The notes beneath the pieces were generated by a model. That model did not search any database, had not been told where the DNA came from, and saw nothing but the letters and a program-made list of their open reading frames with translations. From the human T2T-CHM13v2.0 reference genome, Homo sapiens, in assembly GCF_009914755.1 (NCBI RefSeq), contig NC_060942.1: a stretch of 64,000 nt of DNA; one strand, given 5' to 3'. A program made the translations under genes and the position numbers. Each line of letters begins with the position of its first letter. Position 1 is the stretch's first letter. Shown in pieces: positions 1 to 12,300 of the stretch.

Positions 1-747
1 TTTTCCATTATCTCCTCCCTTTTCCACTTCTCTTAGGTGCTCACACCTGTTTTGTTATTCTTCCTCTCTGGATATCAAAACTAGTCCTTTTTATAAAAAC
101 TAGATCTCTTATTCACTCCAAAGAATACATAACTTGTTTCAAAATCATTACCCCTCTAAGGATGTTTATCACATTAGAACAGAAGTGACATAATAGATTA
201 CATAGTCCAATCTCCTCAATTTCGTCCTCATTTGCATTTTAACATACGAATGCAGTGATATCACTCCCTTGTGCAACATCTTCCCCTTCCAGAATCCTCC
301 GCCCAGCAGAGCAGAGTCTTGGGACCTGGCTCCCCGCCTGGCTTCATCCTCTGAGCCCATTTCAGGCTGAGCTCATACACGTCTCTGCTGACAACTCCCT
401 TCCTCCTGCACATTTCCACCCTTGCTGCCTTCCTGGCTCACTCTTATGCTTCCATTGCTGTCTCCCTCCTGGGACAGTAGGCAGACTCTCACCTCCCTAC
501 CTGTATCCCCAGCCCAGCCTTGGGCCTGCCATGGGGTACCATCCAAATCAGCAATGTGAATGAAGGAGGCTAAAGTCAGGGAGCTCAGAGAGTGGAAGTT
601 CAAGGATGAGCCAGCAGAAGAATGTTTATTTGGGGACTGAGGTGTTGTAACTCCCAAAACAGTGCCTCCCAAGCAGGCTTGAACTCTGCCTATGCTTCTG
701 ATCCATCCACCACTTGGAAATAGCTCTTTAAAAAAAAAACACACACA

Positions 748-885
748 TTTTTATTGTGTTTATTTATTTTGAAACAGGGTCTGTCTATGTTGCCCAGGCT
801 GGCCTCGAACTCCTGGCCTCAAGCAATCCTCCCACCTCAGCCTCCTGAGCAGCAGGGACTACAGACATGAACCACTGTGCCTGGC
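748..885 (-). mobile_element. Free left Alu monomer (FLAM_C-like)
   Basis: T-rich tail then gaaacagggtctgtctatgttgcccaggctggcctcgaactcctggcctcaagcaatcctcccacctcagcctcc...cctggc; single arm only; TSD-like ttggaaatagctcttt / ttggacagctcttt. Confidence 0.9.
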
Positions 886-1632
886 TTGGACAGCTCTTTT
901 TGGGGATAAGTGTTATACACACTTGCAGGGACTGGCTGAGGGTAGTCCATCAGTCAATCAATAAGTGTGTTTGTTGATGTTATCATTTGCCCTAAGCAAT
1001 AATGTAGAGTCAGGCTAACTGCCCTTTTCCTCCAACCCCTCCTGACCCTCTAAGACTGACCCTGGAATGATCACCTCAGCCATGTGCACTTTCACACTGG
1101 GTGAATCAGCCCAGTGTAGCCTGGGAGGGCACTCTGTTTCCCTTCTGCGAGCAGAGCTGATAATAATGTATATTGCCTGTGTTGAATGTCTTCCCTGACT
1201 CAACTGCAGTACCTCCTTATAGTTTTCCTGTTGGATTTGAGCAAGTAGATGAACTGGAAGAACAAGAAAAAGACGAATATTTGCAATTGTACTATATAGT
1301 CCAAGGACGAGGCAGTAGCATGGTGTACTGGGAGGGCTTTGGAGCAGGGGGCTCCGGTTAAAGCTTTGCCTCCTGCTATGATCTTGGGCATGCAGGGCAC
1401 CGCTCCATGGCCCGAAGAATGGAGCCTGCCTAACTCACAGAGTTTTTCTAAGAAACAGAGGAGACCATGCAGGATGTGTGGACCTGCCTGGCCCATAGCC
1501 ATGCTCTGTCTTTAGCCATTCTCATTCCTGAAAGGAGACACCTAGAAGCCATGAATTTCTAGACTGGATGAAAGTTCCCAGATGCCAGAGAACATTTAGC
1601 ACTGGGCCACATTTATTTTCTCTAAGTCTTCC

Positions 1633-1935
1633 TTTTTTTTTTTTTTTTTTTTTTTTTGAGACAGTCTCACTCTGTCACCCAGGCTGGAGTGCAGTGGCCC
1701 ATCTCAGCTCACTGCAAGCTCCGCCTCCTGGGTTCACGCCATTCTTCTGCCTCAGCCTCCCAAGTAGCTGGGACTACAAGCGCCCGCCAGTACGCCTGGC
1801 TAATTTTTTGTATTTTTAGTAAAGACAGGGTTTCACTGTGTTAGCCAGGATGGTCTCCATCTCCTCACCTCGTAATCTGCCCGCCTCGGCCTCCCAAAAT
1901 GCTGGGATTACAGGCGTGAGCCACTGCGCCTGGCC
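1633..1935 (-). mobile_element. AluY
   Basis: Full dimer with 25-nt poly(T); AluY-type positions ctgcaagctccgcctcc, gggttcacgccattc, gttagccaggatggtctc; a second T-run follows at 1936-1954. Confidence 0.93.
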
Positions 1936-2327
1936 TTTTTTTTTTTTTTTTTTTAACTGAGATAGCAATAGATTCACACAACTTTAGCCGCTACTTATAA
2001 AACTTCAACATCCTCCTGGAAAAGCTGTACACAACTGCATCTGCACCTCTCTACTAGGAGTTTATAGTATATAGAGAGATCATTTCTAGGTGCCAGGAGG
2101 CTAGCGCAGGTCTAGCCTCAGTCTTAATGAGTCAGGGTTCAAACTGTAAGTTCCTTGGGGCAAGAATGTGGCCTTTTTGTCTGGTTATTGTTATTATTCA
2201 GATCAGCCTCATCCATTGTAAAGCAGCATGGACATTTACTATAGTTTATGAATAATGAACGTGACTGTAACTTTGCCAGAACCAGCAACCAGATGAGTCC
2301 AGCCTGGTTAGAGCTCCAACCATGAGC

Positions 2328-2790
2328 GCATGTGTCTCCCAGTGTGTGTGAGCATGCGTGTTAATGGTGTTAATGTGTGTGACAGCATTATGTGAGGGTG
2401 TGAGCATTTATGTGTGTAGGGGAAGGCATGCGTGGTGTGAATGTGTATGAGCATGTGAATGTGCCAAAGGGTGGGTGTGAAAACATGTGTGTGAGCGTGT
2501 ATGAGCTTGTGTGTGAGAGCATGTTTGCACGTGGGAGAGGGCATGTGTTTGTGAGCCATATATGAGTGTGTATGTGAGCATGTGTGGTTGAGCCTGTATG
2601 TGTGAGCGTATGTGTTTGGGACAGAGGGCATGTGTGTGTGAGAGTGTGTGAACATGTGGTGGGAGGATATGTGTGTGTGTGAGCATGTGTGTGAGTGTAT
2701 GAGTAAGCTTGTGTATGTGAATGTGTGGGTATGTGTGAGAGCATGTGTGTGAATTGTGTGAACATGTGTGCATGTGTGTATGTGTGTGCG
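2328..2790. repeat. Degenerate (TG)n-rich low-complexity tract with recurring tgtgagcatgtg unit
   Basis: Seen directly; explains the His/Thr-rich minus-strand ORFs. Confidence 0.95.
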
Positions 2791-3159
2791 TAGCCCTTGC
2801 CAACAGCTCTAGGGGCAGAATGCGTATTTACAGCTGTGAGCGGTTCATCTCGTCTCCTCCAGGCTCCCCCAGAGCAGGCCACCAGGTTGCTTAACCATCT
2901 AGGCTGTCTTTGTAGAACGTGCAGTCCACATCAGCACTGTTTCTCTGTGGTTCTATCTTTTCAGGTAGGGGAGTTTTGCCCCAATGATGCCCATGCTCAC
3001 TCCCCCACCCAGCTCCTCCCCAGAGGATTCAGCAAACTAGTAGCTGTAAGTCCATGAGGTAACACTTCTGAGGCAGCCCTCACCAGCCCTTCTTCCTCCA
3101 TGGCCTCTGCTGGCATAAAAGAAATGAGGAAATGCATGAACATCAAGTTTGTGGAAACT

Positions 3160-3365
3160 TACTAAAACTTACTCTGTGCCAGGCAGTGTGGCCACCCTAT
3201 ACCTCTATTATCACATTTAATTCCATAAGGGCACTATGGGAAAAGAATTGTTGTTTTTCCCCCTTAAAGAGAAGGAAATTAAGGTTCAGAGAGGCAGAGA
3301 GCTTCCCAAGGTTACAAGACAAGCTGGAGCTGGGCCAGGATCCAGCCATGTTTGACCCAGACCCC
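3160..3365 (-). mobile_element. MIR SINE
   Basis: cttactctgtgccaggca...gaaattaaggttcagagaggcagagagcttcccaaggttaca matches reverse MIR core. Confidence 0.8.
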
Positions 3366-4315
3366 TGTTTTTGGCCTCTCCTTGTTGGTTTGGATTGAAG
3401 AGCAGGGGCGGAACAGGAAGGAAGTTGAAACTCACAGAGCGTCCAACTATCTCCCTTCACTGATAAGGACATGAGAGCCCACAGTCACATGTTCTGACTT
3501 GTAAGATTCAGCTTTCAGAGACATGACTTCTGCAAAGATGCACATCTCTGAGGGCAGAGCTAGGAGAAAGATGCAAGTGTCCCAACCCCAGCCCAGAGCT
3601 TATGACAGTTAAAATCCCGTGTGCTCACTCTGATTCTGTAGACTGGCTGATGAAGACCCGCAGAAGGTCTTCAGAAGGTACCATCTTGAGGCTACAGCTT
3701 TCGTTTTCTCTGCTGGTCATTGGCACAGCATGACTCTGTGTCATGGTTCAACACCTCTCCCAGTGAGTGAAGAATAGGCCTTAGAATAACAAGTAACACA
3801 TCAACCGGAATGCCTTGCTTTGATGTTATAAATCTGAGCAGAAAGCTCCCTACTACATTGCAAATTCCATTTTACTTAATATTTGCTTTCTTGTCTTGCA
3901 CTTGCAGATGTTGTTTTCTTTCCAAAAAAAACTCTAGTCTTGTATGTGCATTGTGGGAGTACAGAACAGATTAAATTTGTGGAAAAAGTAATAGTGATAA
4001 TGGTAGCAATAGTAGTAAAAGGAGTTGTTTTTGTTTTTGATTTTTAGCTTATCAAGGAGGCAGAATGACAAGGAGGATAAGCTGCTGATCACCCTGGCTG
4101 AGAAGAGTTCCATGGCAGAGGCAGCAGCCTAGTTCCCCTCTATGTCTTATTATAGCTTCAAGCTCTTGAAACTTCAGGAGAAAAAAAAATATGTAAGAAT
4201 CTCCATCCTAATGGATAAGACTTCTTTCTTCACTTTGGTTTCCAATGGACCCTACTTGACTGCTATAACAATGGCTTTTAAGTCAAGTCTGAAGGAAGCA
4301 ACTGATCCTTCAGAA

Positions 4316-4972
4316 AGATGATGGCACTGGTGTGGAGAAAAGGGAACGATTATATACTGAAGGTGGAGATGTAAATGATACAGCCTGTATGGAAAACAGG
4401 ATGGAGGTTTCTCGAAGAACTAAAAATAAAACTACACTTCAATCCAGCAATCCCACTACTGGCTATTTAACCAAAGGGAAAAACAGTTATATAAAAAAGA
4501 TGCCTGCACTTGTGTGTTTATCACTGCATAATTTACAATAACAAAGATATGGAATCCACCCAAGTGTAAGTGTCCATCAGCACGTGATTAGATAAAATGA
4601 ACGTGGTACGTATACACCATGGAATACTACTCAGCCATCAAAAAAAGTGAAATCATATCTTTTGCAGCAACATGGATGGAACTGGTAGCCATTGTCTTAA
4701 AGGAAACAACTCAGAAACAGAAAGCCAAATATCACATGATCTTACTTATAAGTGGAAGGTCAGTAATGTGTACACATGGAAATGGAGGGAGGAATAGTGA
4801 GCTGGAGACTCAGAAGGGTGGAGGTGAGGGGTGATGAATTACTTAATAGGTACAACGTACATTACTTGTGATAGTTACACTAAAAGCACAGACTTCAGCA
4901 CTATGCAATATATCCATGTTACATAACAGCATTTGTACCCTTTAAATTTATGCAAATAAAACTAACAAAATA
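4316..4972 (+). mobile_element. L1 3' fragment (L1PB/L1MA-type): ORF2 end plus 3'UTR
   Basis: tggagaaaagggaac...atccagcaatcccactactgg...atggaatactactcagccatc...catggatggaactgg; 3'UTR cactaaaagcacagacttcagcactatgcaatatatccatgt; ORF 4619-4834 MEYYSAIKKSEIISFAATWMEL is the L1 ORF2 C-terminus. Confidence 0.92.
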
Positions 4973-5399
4973 GACTTCTCTTTTCTACCAGTGTCCCCCA
5001 ACTTTAGAGCAGGTAAATTCACTGGGCACCAGATACTAGGGAATGTGTTTATTCTTTATGTCATACCTGTGTGTATTTATGTTCTATATTATAAACATAC
5101 ATTCAGTTACACTATCATATTTTAAAAACCAAAGTGGAAATCTATTAATGATGATTCTTTTTTCCCCTGGATCTCTACCTACCTTCACTCCCAGCTCCTC
5201 TGAGTTCTTCCAGAGGGGCTGTGGGCAGCCTTCAACAGAATCAACTTCAGGCTGAGGTTTCTACGACCAAGAATCAATTATAACCACTTGTCAAGTTCCT
5301 ATTGTGTGCCATGCAATGGCTAGGAACTTTGTGCATGACACATTTGATATTCATTTAAATAATACATATATAGACTTGTTCCTTGTCTTCTGTAATTTC

Positions 5400-7410
5400 T
5401 CCTCAAATGAAATAATCCTTTTCAAACACTTTAGCTGTTTCTTCTGGCATTTCCCCCATTTTTCTAAATATTCTCCTTATACTGTGATTTGTTGACTTTT
5501 CAGCTTTATTCATTCTCTTTCATTTAGTTATTTTTTTACAGTGGGTAATAAGGGTTTAGCTCTTCCTCCTCCACTCCTTCCACTCCATTCACTCCTCCCT
5601 TCACCTATATTTTCCTGGTATAGTAGTTATATCACCATTTCTAGTTAACAGAATAAGCAATGTTTATATTATTCATATGCATATAGTATCATCTATACCT
5701 GAGCCACATAGCATATAACCATTTTACTTCTTTCTTTTGAAATGTTTTCCCCCTCTGGAGTTAATACTAACATGACTTGGTTTATTTTTCTATAGATTTA
5801 TCACTAATTCATTTCTAATACAACAGTAAGTCTGCACCCAATACATTACAGTGCAGAAGACAATATTATCAGTTTCCCTTTTTAAAAAACATTAGAAGAC
5901 ATTCCTACCCATTATAGGAGGAAGCCCAACATCCTCCTATAATCCAGATTGGCCATTCCTACCCTGATGCACAGCTACCAGCTTGAGACATCTTTTACCA
6001 CCATCCTTCATCTTTCCTTCTGTATTAGAACCACTACGGTTGACCCTTGAACAACATGGGTTTGAACTGCATGAGTCCACTTACACATGAATTTTCTTCC
6101 ACTCCTGCCACGCTTGAGGCAGGAAGACCAGCCCCTTCTCTTCCTACTCCTCAGCTACCCAACATGAAGATGACAAAGATGAAGACTTTATGATCATTCA
6201 CTTCCACTTAATGAATAGTCAGTATATTTTCTCCTCTTTATGATGTTCTTAACAACATTTGTTTTCTCTAGCTTACTTTATTGTAAGCATAAAGCATATA
6301 GTACATATAACATTCAAAATATGTGTTAATCTACTGTTTATATTATTGGCAAAGCTTCCAGTTAATAGTAAGCTATTAGTAGTTAGGTTTTGGGGGAGTC
6401 AAAAGTTATATGTGAATTTTTAGCTGTATGAGGGATTCATGCCCTTAACTCTTGCAGTGTTCAAGGGTTAACTGTATTTCCGTCTTCATTTTTCTTTGCT
6501 TTCCCTACCATCTGTCTTTTGATATTGTGGAAAGACATCCAGTGGCTAACTCAGAACAGGTTCATGGGAGTAATTTTTTGAGAACTTGAATGTCTGAAAA
6601 TATTTTCATTCTACTCCTACACTTGAGTGATAGTTTGAATATGGAATTCTAGATTGAATATGCCTTTCTCTTAGGCAGTTTTGCTGGGGGACTCCTGAAT
6701 CACTGTCTGTAGAACTTTTTTTCTTTGGCTGAGTTTCCCTGAGAGGAATCCTATAATCACTTTCTGGTGGTAAGAGCCTGGCCATTGAGGGACTGGGGGA
6801 GAAGGATTAGGGGAGTGTCACACCACAATATATATAGACTTCCATTTATTCCTTCTAGTTTTAGCATGGTGCGGTATTCCCAAACTTGGTTCTTCCTGGT
6901 GTTCCAAGCCTAGAACATCATTGGTCAGGCTCTCTAGAGAAGAAACCTCCAGATTTCGGTTAGGGTATTGGAGGGCAGCAGCCTGGTGGCACAGACCGAG
7001 GAGGAAATCTTTGGTGATCTTTATAGACGTTCAATACATCCTCCTTAAAAAAAAATTAAAGCCTCATCCTTACCTTTGTCTTCAGAAATTCCAAGTACCT
7101 GCAATTTCTGAGTATTTCTGCAGGTCAGTGTAATGGGTCAACTTCTGCGCATTTCTGCAGGCCAGTGTAATGGGTCAGCTTGCTGATTATTGGTTTCCCC
7201 TCTTGCAGTCTGAAGTTTCAACCACTTACCTTCATTCCACGAGCTTTCCAACTTTCAAAGATGTTTAACCACTCTTCCCTGTTGTCATCTTTGTCCTTTT
7301 GAATTTATCACCTCTCCCATTTAAAAAAAAAACCTGTTCACTATAATTATAACATTTTAGGAAGAAGTGGACTAAATGTATGTTTCAATATGCCATATTT
7401 AGCTGGACTT
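5400..7410 (-). mobile_element. Ancient HAL1/L1ME-like LINE relic, internally deleted, interrupted by Tigger2a
   Basis: ctggagttaata..., catgggagtaattttttgagaacttgaatgtctgaaaatattttcattctactcctacacttgagtgatagtttg...ggaattctagattg; colinear with the copy at 23080-26355. Confidence 0.65.
6037..6474 (+). mobile_element. Tigger2a (MER28) TcMar-Tigger DNA transposon, full length
   Basis: TIRs cggttgacccttgaaca / tgttcaagggttaactg, TA target duplication on both sides, 438 bp, characteristic internal gaagatgacaaagatgaagac and ttttgggggagtcaaaagttata. Confidence 0.92.
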
Positions 7411-8009
7411 CGATCATCGTCACTTAATTTAAAAGTATTAAAAACTTACATCAGACCGTGCAGCTCAGTATGTGGCCTGGCTAGAATTTCAACCCTCTGG
7501 GAAGGAAAGAAAAGAAAGATAAAAAGGAAATGAGGTTTGAGACTGTGCAGGGTGCACAGGGTGCAGTGATGAACAATGGAATGATGAGTTTGGTAATGGA
7601 AGGCATTTCCAGAAAACATGAAATGGAGTTGGGGGGGGCAGCAGAACGTAACGTCCTTGAACAATGATTTCACCTGACTTCTCTCTTCTGTTCTTCTGTT
7701 TCTCTTTCCATCTTTTCTTTCTCATTCACTCTCTTCCATCCATAAGCAGGTTTGTAGCGACTTGCATGTTTTAAGCTCAGGGCTAGTCCTGAGAATACAA
7801 TGGTACATAAGGCGGGTGTGCTCCCTGTCCTAACTTAATAGCATGAAACAGCCCTTCAGTGCAGCATGCTCAGGACATAGAGGAGGGATAATGGATAATT
7901 AACCTAATTTTAGAGCATCAAAGCAGCTGGCTCTTCCAGCCACTTCCAGAGCTGCTTGTTCTTTGACCCATTTCTCCTTAATGTCAACATCATCTTTATC
8001 ATCACAATC

Positions 8010-8450
8010 ATCATTATTAATACTATAACTACTTATAGAAATTCGATTTACCTGGTCCCATGGTAGACCTTGTATATAGCTTATTTAATTTAATCCTCAT
8101 AACAATCCAGCAAGATGGATTTTATCAGCTTGAAAAAATTAAGTAACTCACCCAAAGTCACCAGTGGTTAGCAAAGCTTCCTGGCTGCCACCTCCCTTTG
8201 ACTTTTTAGATGTTCCTTTTCTGTGCCTCCCTACTAATGAATGTAGGTCCTTGTCATTGTGCTTAGCCATCAAGCATTTTTAAATCTTTGTGTGCTCACA
8301 GAAACTATTCCTCACTGATCTCAGTATCCCTGATGCCTAACACAGTATCTGGCACAGGATTAAAACTCATTAAATAAATAATTTTTTATGTAAGGCAAAG
8401 TCAGGATTTGAACCCAGATTTTTAAATTACAAAGCTCATGCCTTTCCATT
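8010..8450. mobile_element. MIR (minus) fragments flanking an L2 3' end fragment
   Basis: tttaatcctcataacaatcc...ttaagtaactcacccaaagtcac; gatgcctaacacagtatctggcacag...taaataaat; ggatttgaacccag. Confidence 0.7.
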
Positions 8451-9184
8451 GTATAGCATTGTTCTCCAGTTAAGACTTTTTCTCATTGCTATTACCCTTC
8501 CCCTTGTACACAGGATTCACCTTTGGCTCGCTCTGCCCCATGCCTGTTGGCCCCTGCTGACACCTGTCTTCCTCTCTCTGGGAAGACTTGTGATTAAACC
8601 AACAAGCACAGATACATCTTTTTCAAAAGCAAATAAATATCTTTTGGAAAAAATCTCTCACTGCCTTCAAGTGCAGTCACAGCACAAATTTAAGCATCAA
8701 AACAAACTTTTTGTTGTAAATATTTACTCCACTGTGGACAGAGACTTAGGAGTCCATCTGTTCTACGGGATTTTCATTTTAGTAGAATTTTTTGAAACCA
8801 GATCAGCAAATCATTGTTACTATTGGCCACACACAGAAATATGTTGCTTAAACAGAACTCTATGTTCAAATGGCATCTGTTATGAGCCTTGAGCTTGTCT
8901 ACACAGAGCCACAGAAGGCAGCAAAGATAAGCGGTGGTGGGAACCTGAGTCACTGACCGTCAATCAAGGGACTGCACCTCCTGGAATACTCCCTGCTGGT
9001 TCGTAAGCTCTGGAAACTCAGGTGAAAACAGCAGATGGAACTGGTGTTGATATTAAGACACTGCTGCTTCCTTCCAATTCTTTGCCAATTTCTTTTTCTT
9101 TGCCAAATTTGTAAATGCTCACTTTTAGACGCAGAATAGCAGAGGAACAAACCTGGTTATATTCTTTCTCGCTTTGCATTTGAA

Positions 9185-9300
9185 AACTGTGACCTTGGCA
9201 AGCTGAAGTGGCTGCATCCTAAATCTCTATTTCCTCACCTGTAAAATAAGCCTAACAGTATTGTTTGAAGACTAAATGAGAGAGCTCAGTGAAACACTAG
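9185..9300 (+). mobile_element. MIR fragment
   Basis: ctgtgaccttggcaag...tttcctcacctgtaaaataag...gaagactaaatgag. Confidence 0.7.
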
Positions 9301-12300
9301 CACCCTTCAAGGCCGATTGTGGTTGGACAATGACTCTTCATTTCCCTTGAAAGAAGATGAAAGAATCACACATTGAGGTGCCCATAAACCACCCCCAAGT
9401 ACTCTGATTCAGTGTGAGGCCTGGGCAACTGTACGTCTTCAGTGAAATTGGAAGTGGAGAACCACTGCCATAAGTGAGGTATGGAACCAGTTTTCTCAAT
9501 TGAGACAGAAGTTTTTGGCTTCCACTCTGGAATTAAAAATGAAATATCAAGTTCAGGATGTAGTAAGCCATTTCACTGTCTATTTATAAAGCATTTTACA
9601 ATGATTATGTTTATTCCTTCTGTATCCTTGAGAACAGGTTTGCCTTCATGAGCCATGCTTTCTCCTTGAGAACACAAAGATAAAAAGATTCATTCAGAAT
9701 GTCAATGGCAGTAACAGGACTGAAATCCAGACTATTTATCATCCACAATAGCTCAATGCTACAGTCCTTGCTCAAGCAGGATACCTACTGACAATCTGAA
9801 TAATTGACTGCACTAAAAAGTTTGTCAAATCAGGTTCATAAATTAGGCTTTAATAGAATATTATAAGTTGGCTGAGCTAAAAGGCAAATATCAATCTTAT
9901 GATTTGTATTTAACAATACACTGAAAATGTCATTCAACCACTTATGGAAATGATAGAGAACTAGTCCTCCAACATAGATTTTTAGCAGGAATAGAGTCAA
10001 ACTCAGAGTTATGCACAAGGGAAAGAGAACAGTTTGTATTAAATAGAGGTTTCCAGGTACAACATAGAGAAATACTAATGAGAGATCTTGGGAAATTGCC
10101 AGAGTTTTTATTTAATAAGAAAGTTTAAGTGTGCTTCTAGGAATGGGTCGAGAAGTTATTCTCCCAAGCTGCTCATTTTAGATTGAATTCATGAGGGTTT
10201 TATATTTCATGTCTTGTTTTCACAACTGCTTTATGAAAAAACAAACAAACAAACAACCCCAAATTAGAAAAACAACAACAGACCAGTTATCTAGAAACTA
10301 TCATCTGCTGGAAATTTTGTTTAAATGTAATTTGCTCCCTATTCTTCTGTTAAATAGATGGAAAGCATGGGGACAGTGGACAATATTGTAGAAAAATCAT
10401 TTGCTAAAGGTTATAAAGAGGCTAACAGAATTCAAATGGTGAAACTATTCCTATAACAATTATCTTTCAAAGTTGTCTTTGAATCATTCTTTCCAATATA
10501 AAGGGACAAAGAATATAGTGTTCCTCACTCTAGGTGCTCCAGCTATCATTTCCGCAATAAAATATCATGAACCGTGCCATAATATAAGGCATTTAATTAG
10601 ACTCATTTAACATATTGTAACTCACCAATGATTTTTGCATTCAGCACATTTCAAACAGCTGAGTTTTAAAAATGTAGAGATTTGTTCACCACTAAATATC
10701 AATGGGCCTCTGCAGCTGCACAGCCCCTTAGATCTGGTTTGCATATGTGGCTTAATGAGTCCTCGGGAACAAGACAGAATCAAGGAAACAGCAGCAAAGA
10801 AAAACACCCAACTGGAGAGGAAGTTAACCCAGCCATGGAAGTGGCACTGGTCCACGGACCCTAGGCTGAAAGGCCTCAGAAGAAGTCTGAAGGAAAGCAG
10901 GCTGCGAGCCAAATGGAAAGTGACCCTGGGCCTCGGGTGAATGTCATGTGCCCTCTTAACTCTTTGGTCCTGAGTTCTTGGAGAATCTCTGTAGGTTGAG
11001 GAACTCAATGGGTATTTTCTACAGAATAATACCTGACCAGTTACAAGCACATTACATAGTAAGGCCACAAGAAGGCTCAAATTGCCCAACTCTAATTCTC
11101 TTACCTGTCTGCTCCCATGGAAACCCCTCATCTCCTATCTAACATCGAACTCCCAATGTTAAGTTTACTCCCCTAGCATCAATATGACAGGGAAGCCCAC
11201 TGTCAACAGACGGAAATGTTACCTGTGAGGAAAAGGAGGCTGGAAGGGACAAAATTTCCCTCTGTTTTTTCTTAAATATATTTCCCTCCTTACCACAAGA
11301 AACAAATTCTCAACAATTTAGAAACCATTAACTAAAAAGATGAAGATATAAAAACTCACACTAAATCCACAGACTGGATATAAGCACTGTTAACATTGGG
11401 AAGTACGTCCTCCCAGTCCTTATTCTATATCAGAACACCCTTCTACCTATGCCTCATCCATATCTATCATGGGTTCTGGCACTACCTCAGCTCTTATGCA
11501 TGTTCTAAGCCTTTTTGATAAATATTATGATATATAACATCAAAAATATTGTCCTCTAAAAAATGAATTATTTTGTATTTGTATCAGAAGAACATAAGAG
11601 TGACCATTTACTAACACATTCGCTTATTGGGAATATTATATTTAGCTTGCCAATTTGAAAGGTGAAAGTCTTTTTACAGCTGTTTAAATTCACAGTACTT
11701 TCACATCCCCTTGAATTTTTAGCTCCCCAGTCATCCCCTGGGGGACTGGTCTTCAGGGGAGACTCACTGAACGTCCACCTTCTCTTTTTCCCTTGTCTTC
11801 TATAGCAGAGCTAGGGCAGGCTGACGTTTTCAAAAAGGATGTTACTGCAGAATGAAGTGGAAACAAGAGGAAATAATTATAGAAAATTAAAACAGCATAA
11901 AAATATTCATACGTCTGAGACTGAGCCGAGGAATACTTAAGATCAGAAAAGAACTTTCCAAAATTTTGCACCCCATCTTGCCTGGATTTTTTTTTCTTCC
12001 CACACTCTCAGGCTCCATGTGTTTCCTTCCCTATAGAAACAGACCACCCGAGCACCTTCCTTTCACAGACAAATAACTGCTTAAAGCTGAGCCATGCCTC
12101 TGGTCTAAATTTCCCAAACTCCTAGAATTCTGTCCTCTCAATGATGTTTCTGTATTTTCCGTGTCTAAACTTTGAATACTTATTCTGATCGGGATTTAAA
12201 ATGCAGGTCTTCATAGCTGCATTCATTAGTAAAACATTTATATTACACTGGCTACATATTTAACAAATTGCCTCTGTTTAAGAAGAACAGAATTATATGT

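Noticed and set aside
1225-1310. Acidic, coding-looking stretch (EQVDELEEQEKDEYLQLYY)
   Set aside because: No donor site follows, it runs into MIR-like sequence, and the peptide is not recognised
2308-2882. His/Thr-rich ORFs of 115-164 aa
   Set aside because: Translation of a (CA)n-like low-complexity tract that happens to lack stops
10622-11131. 169-aa minus-strand ORF and overlapping plus-strand ORFs
   Set aside because: No recognisable homology or coding-like composition; length expected by chance in 64 kb
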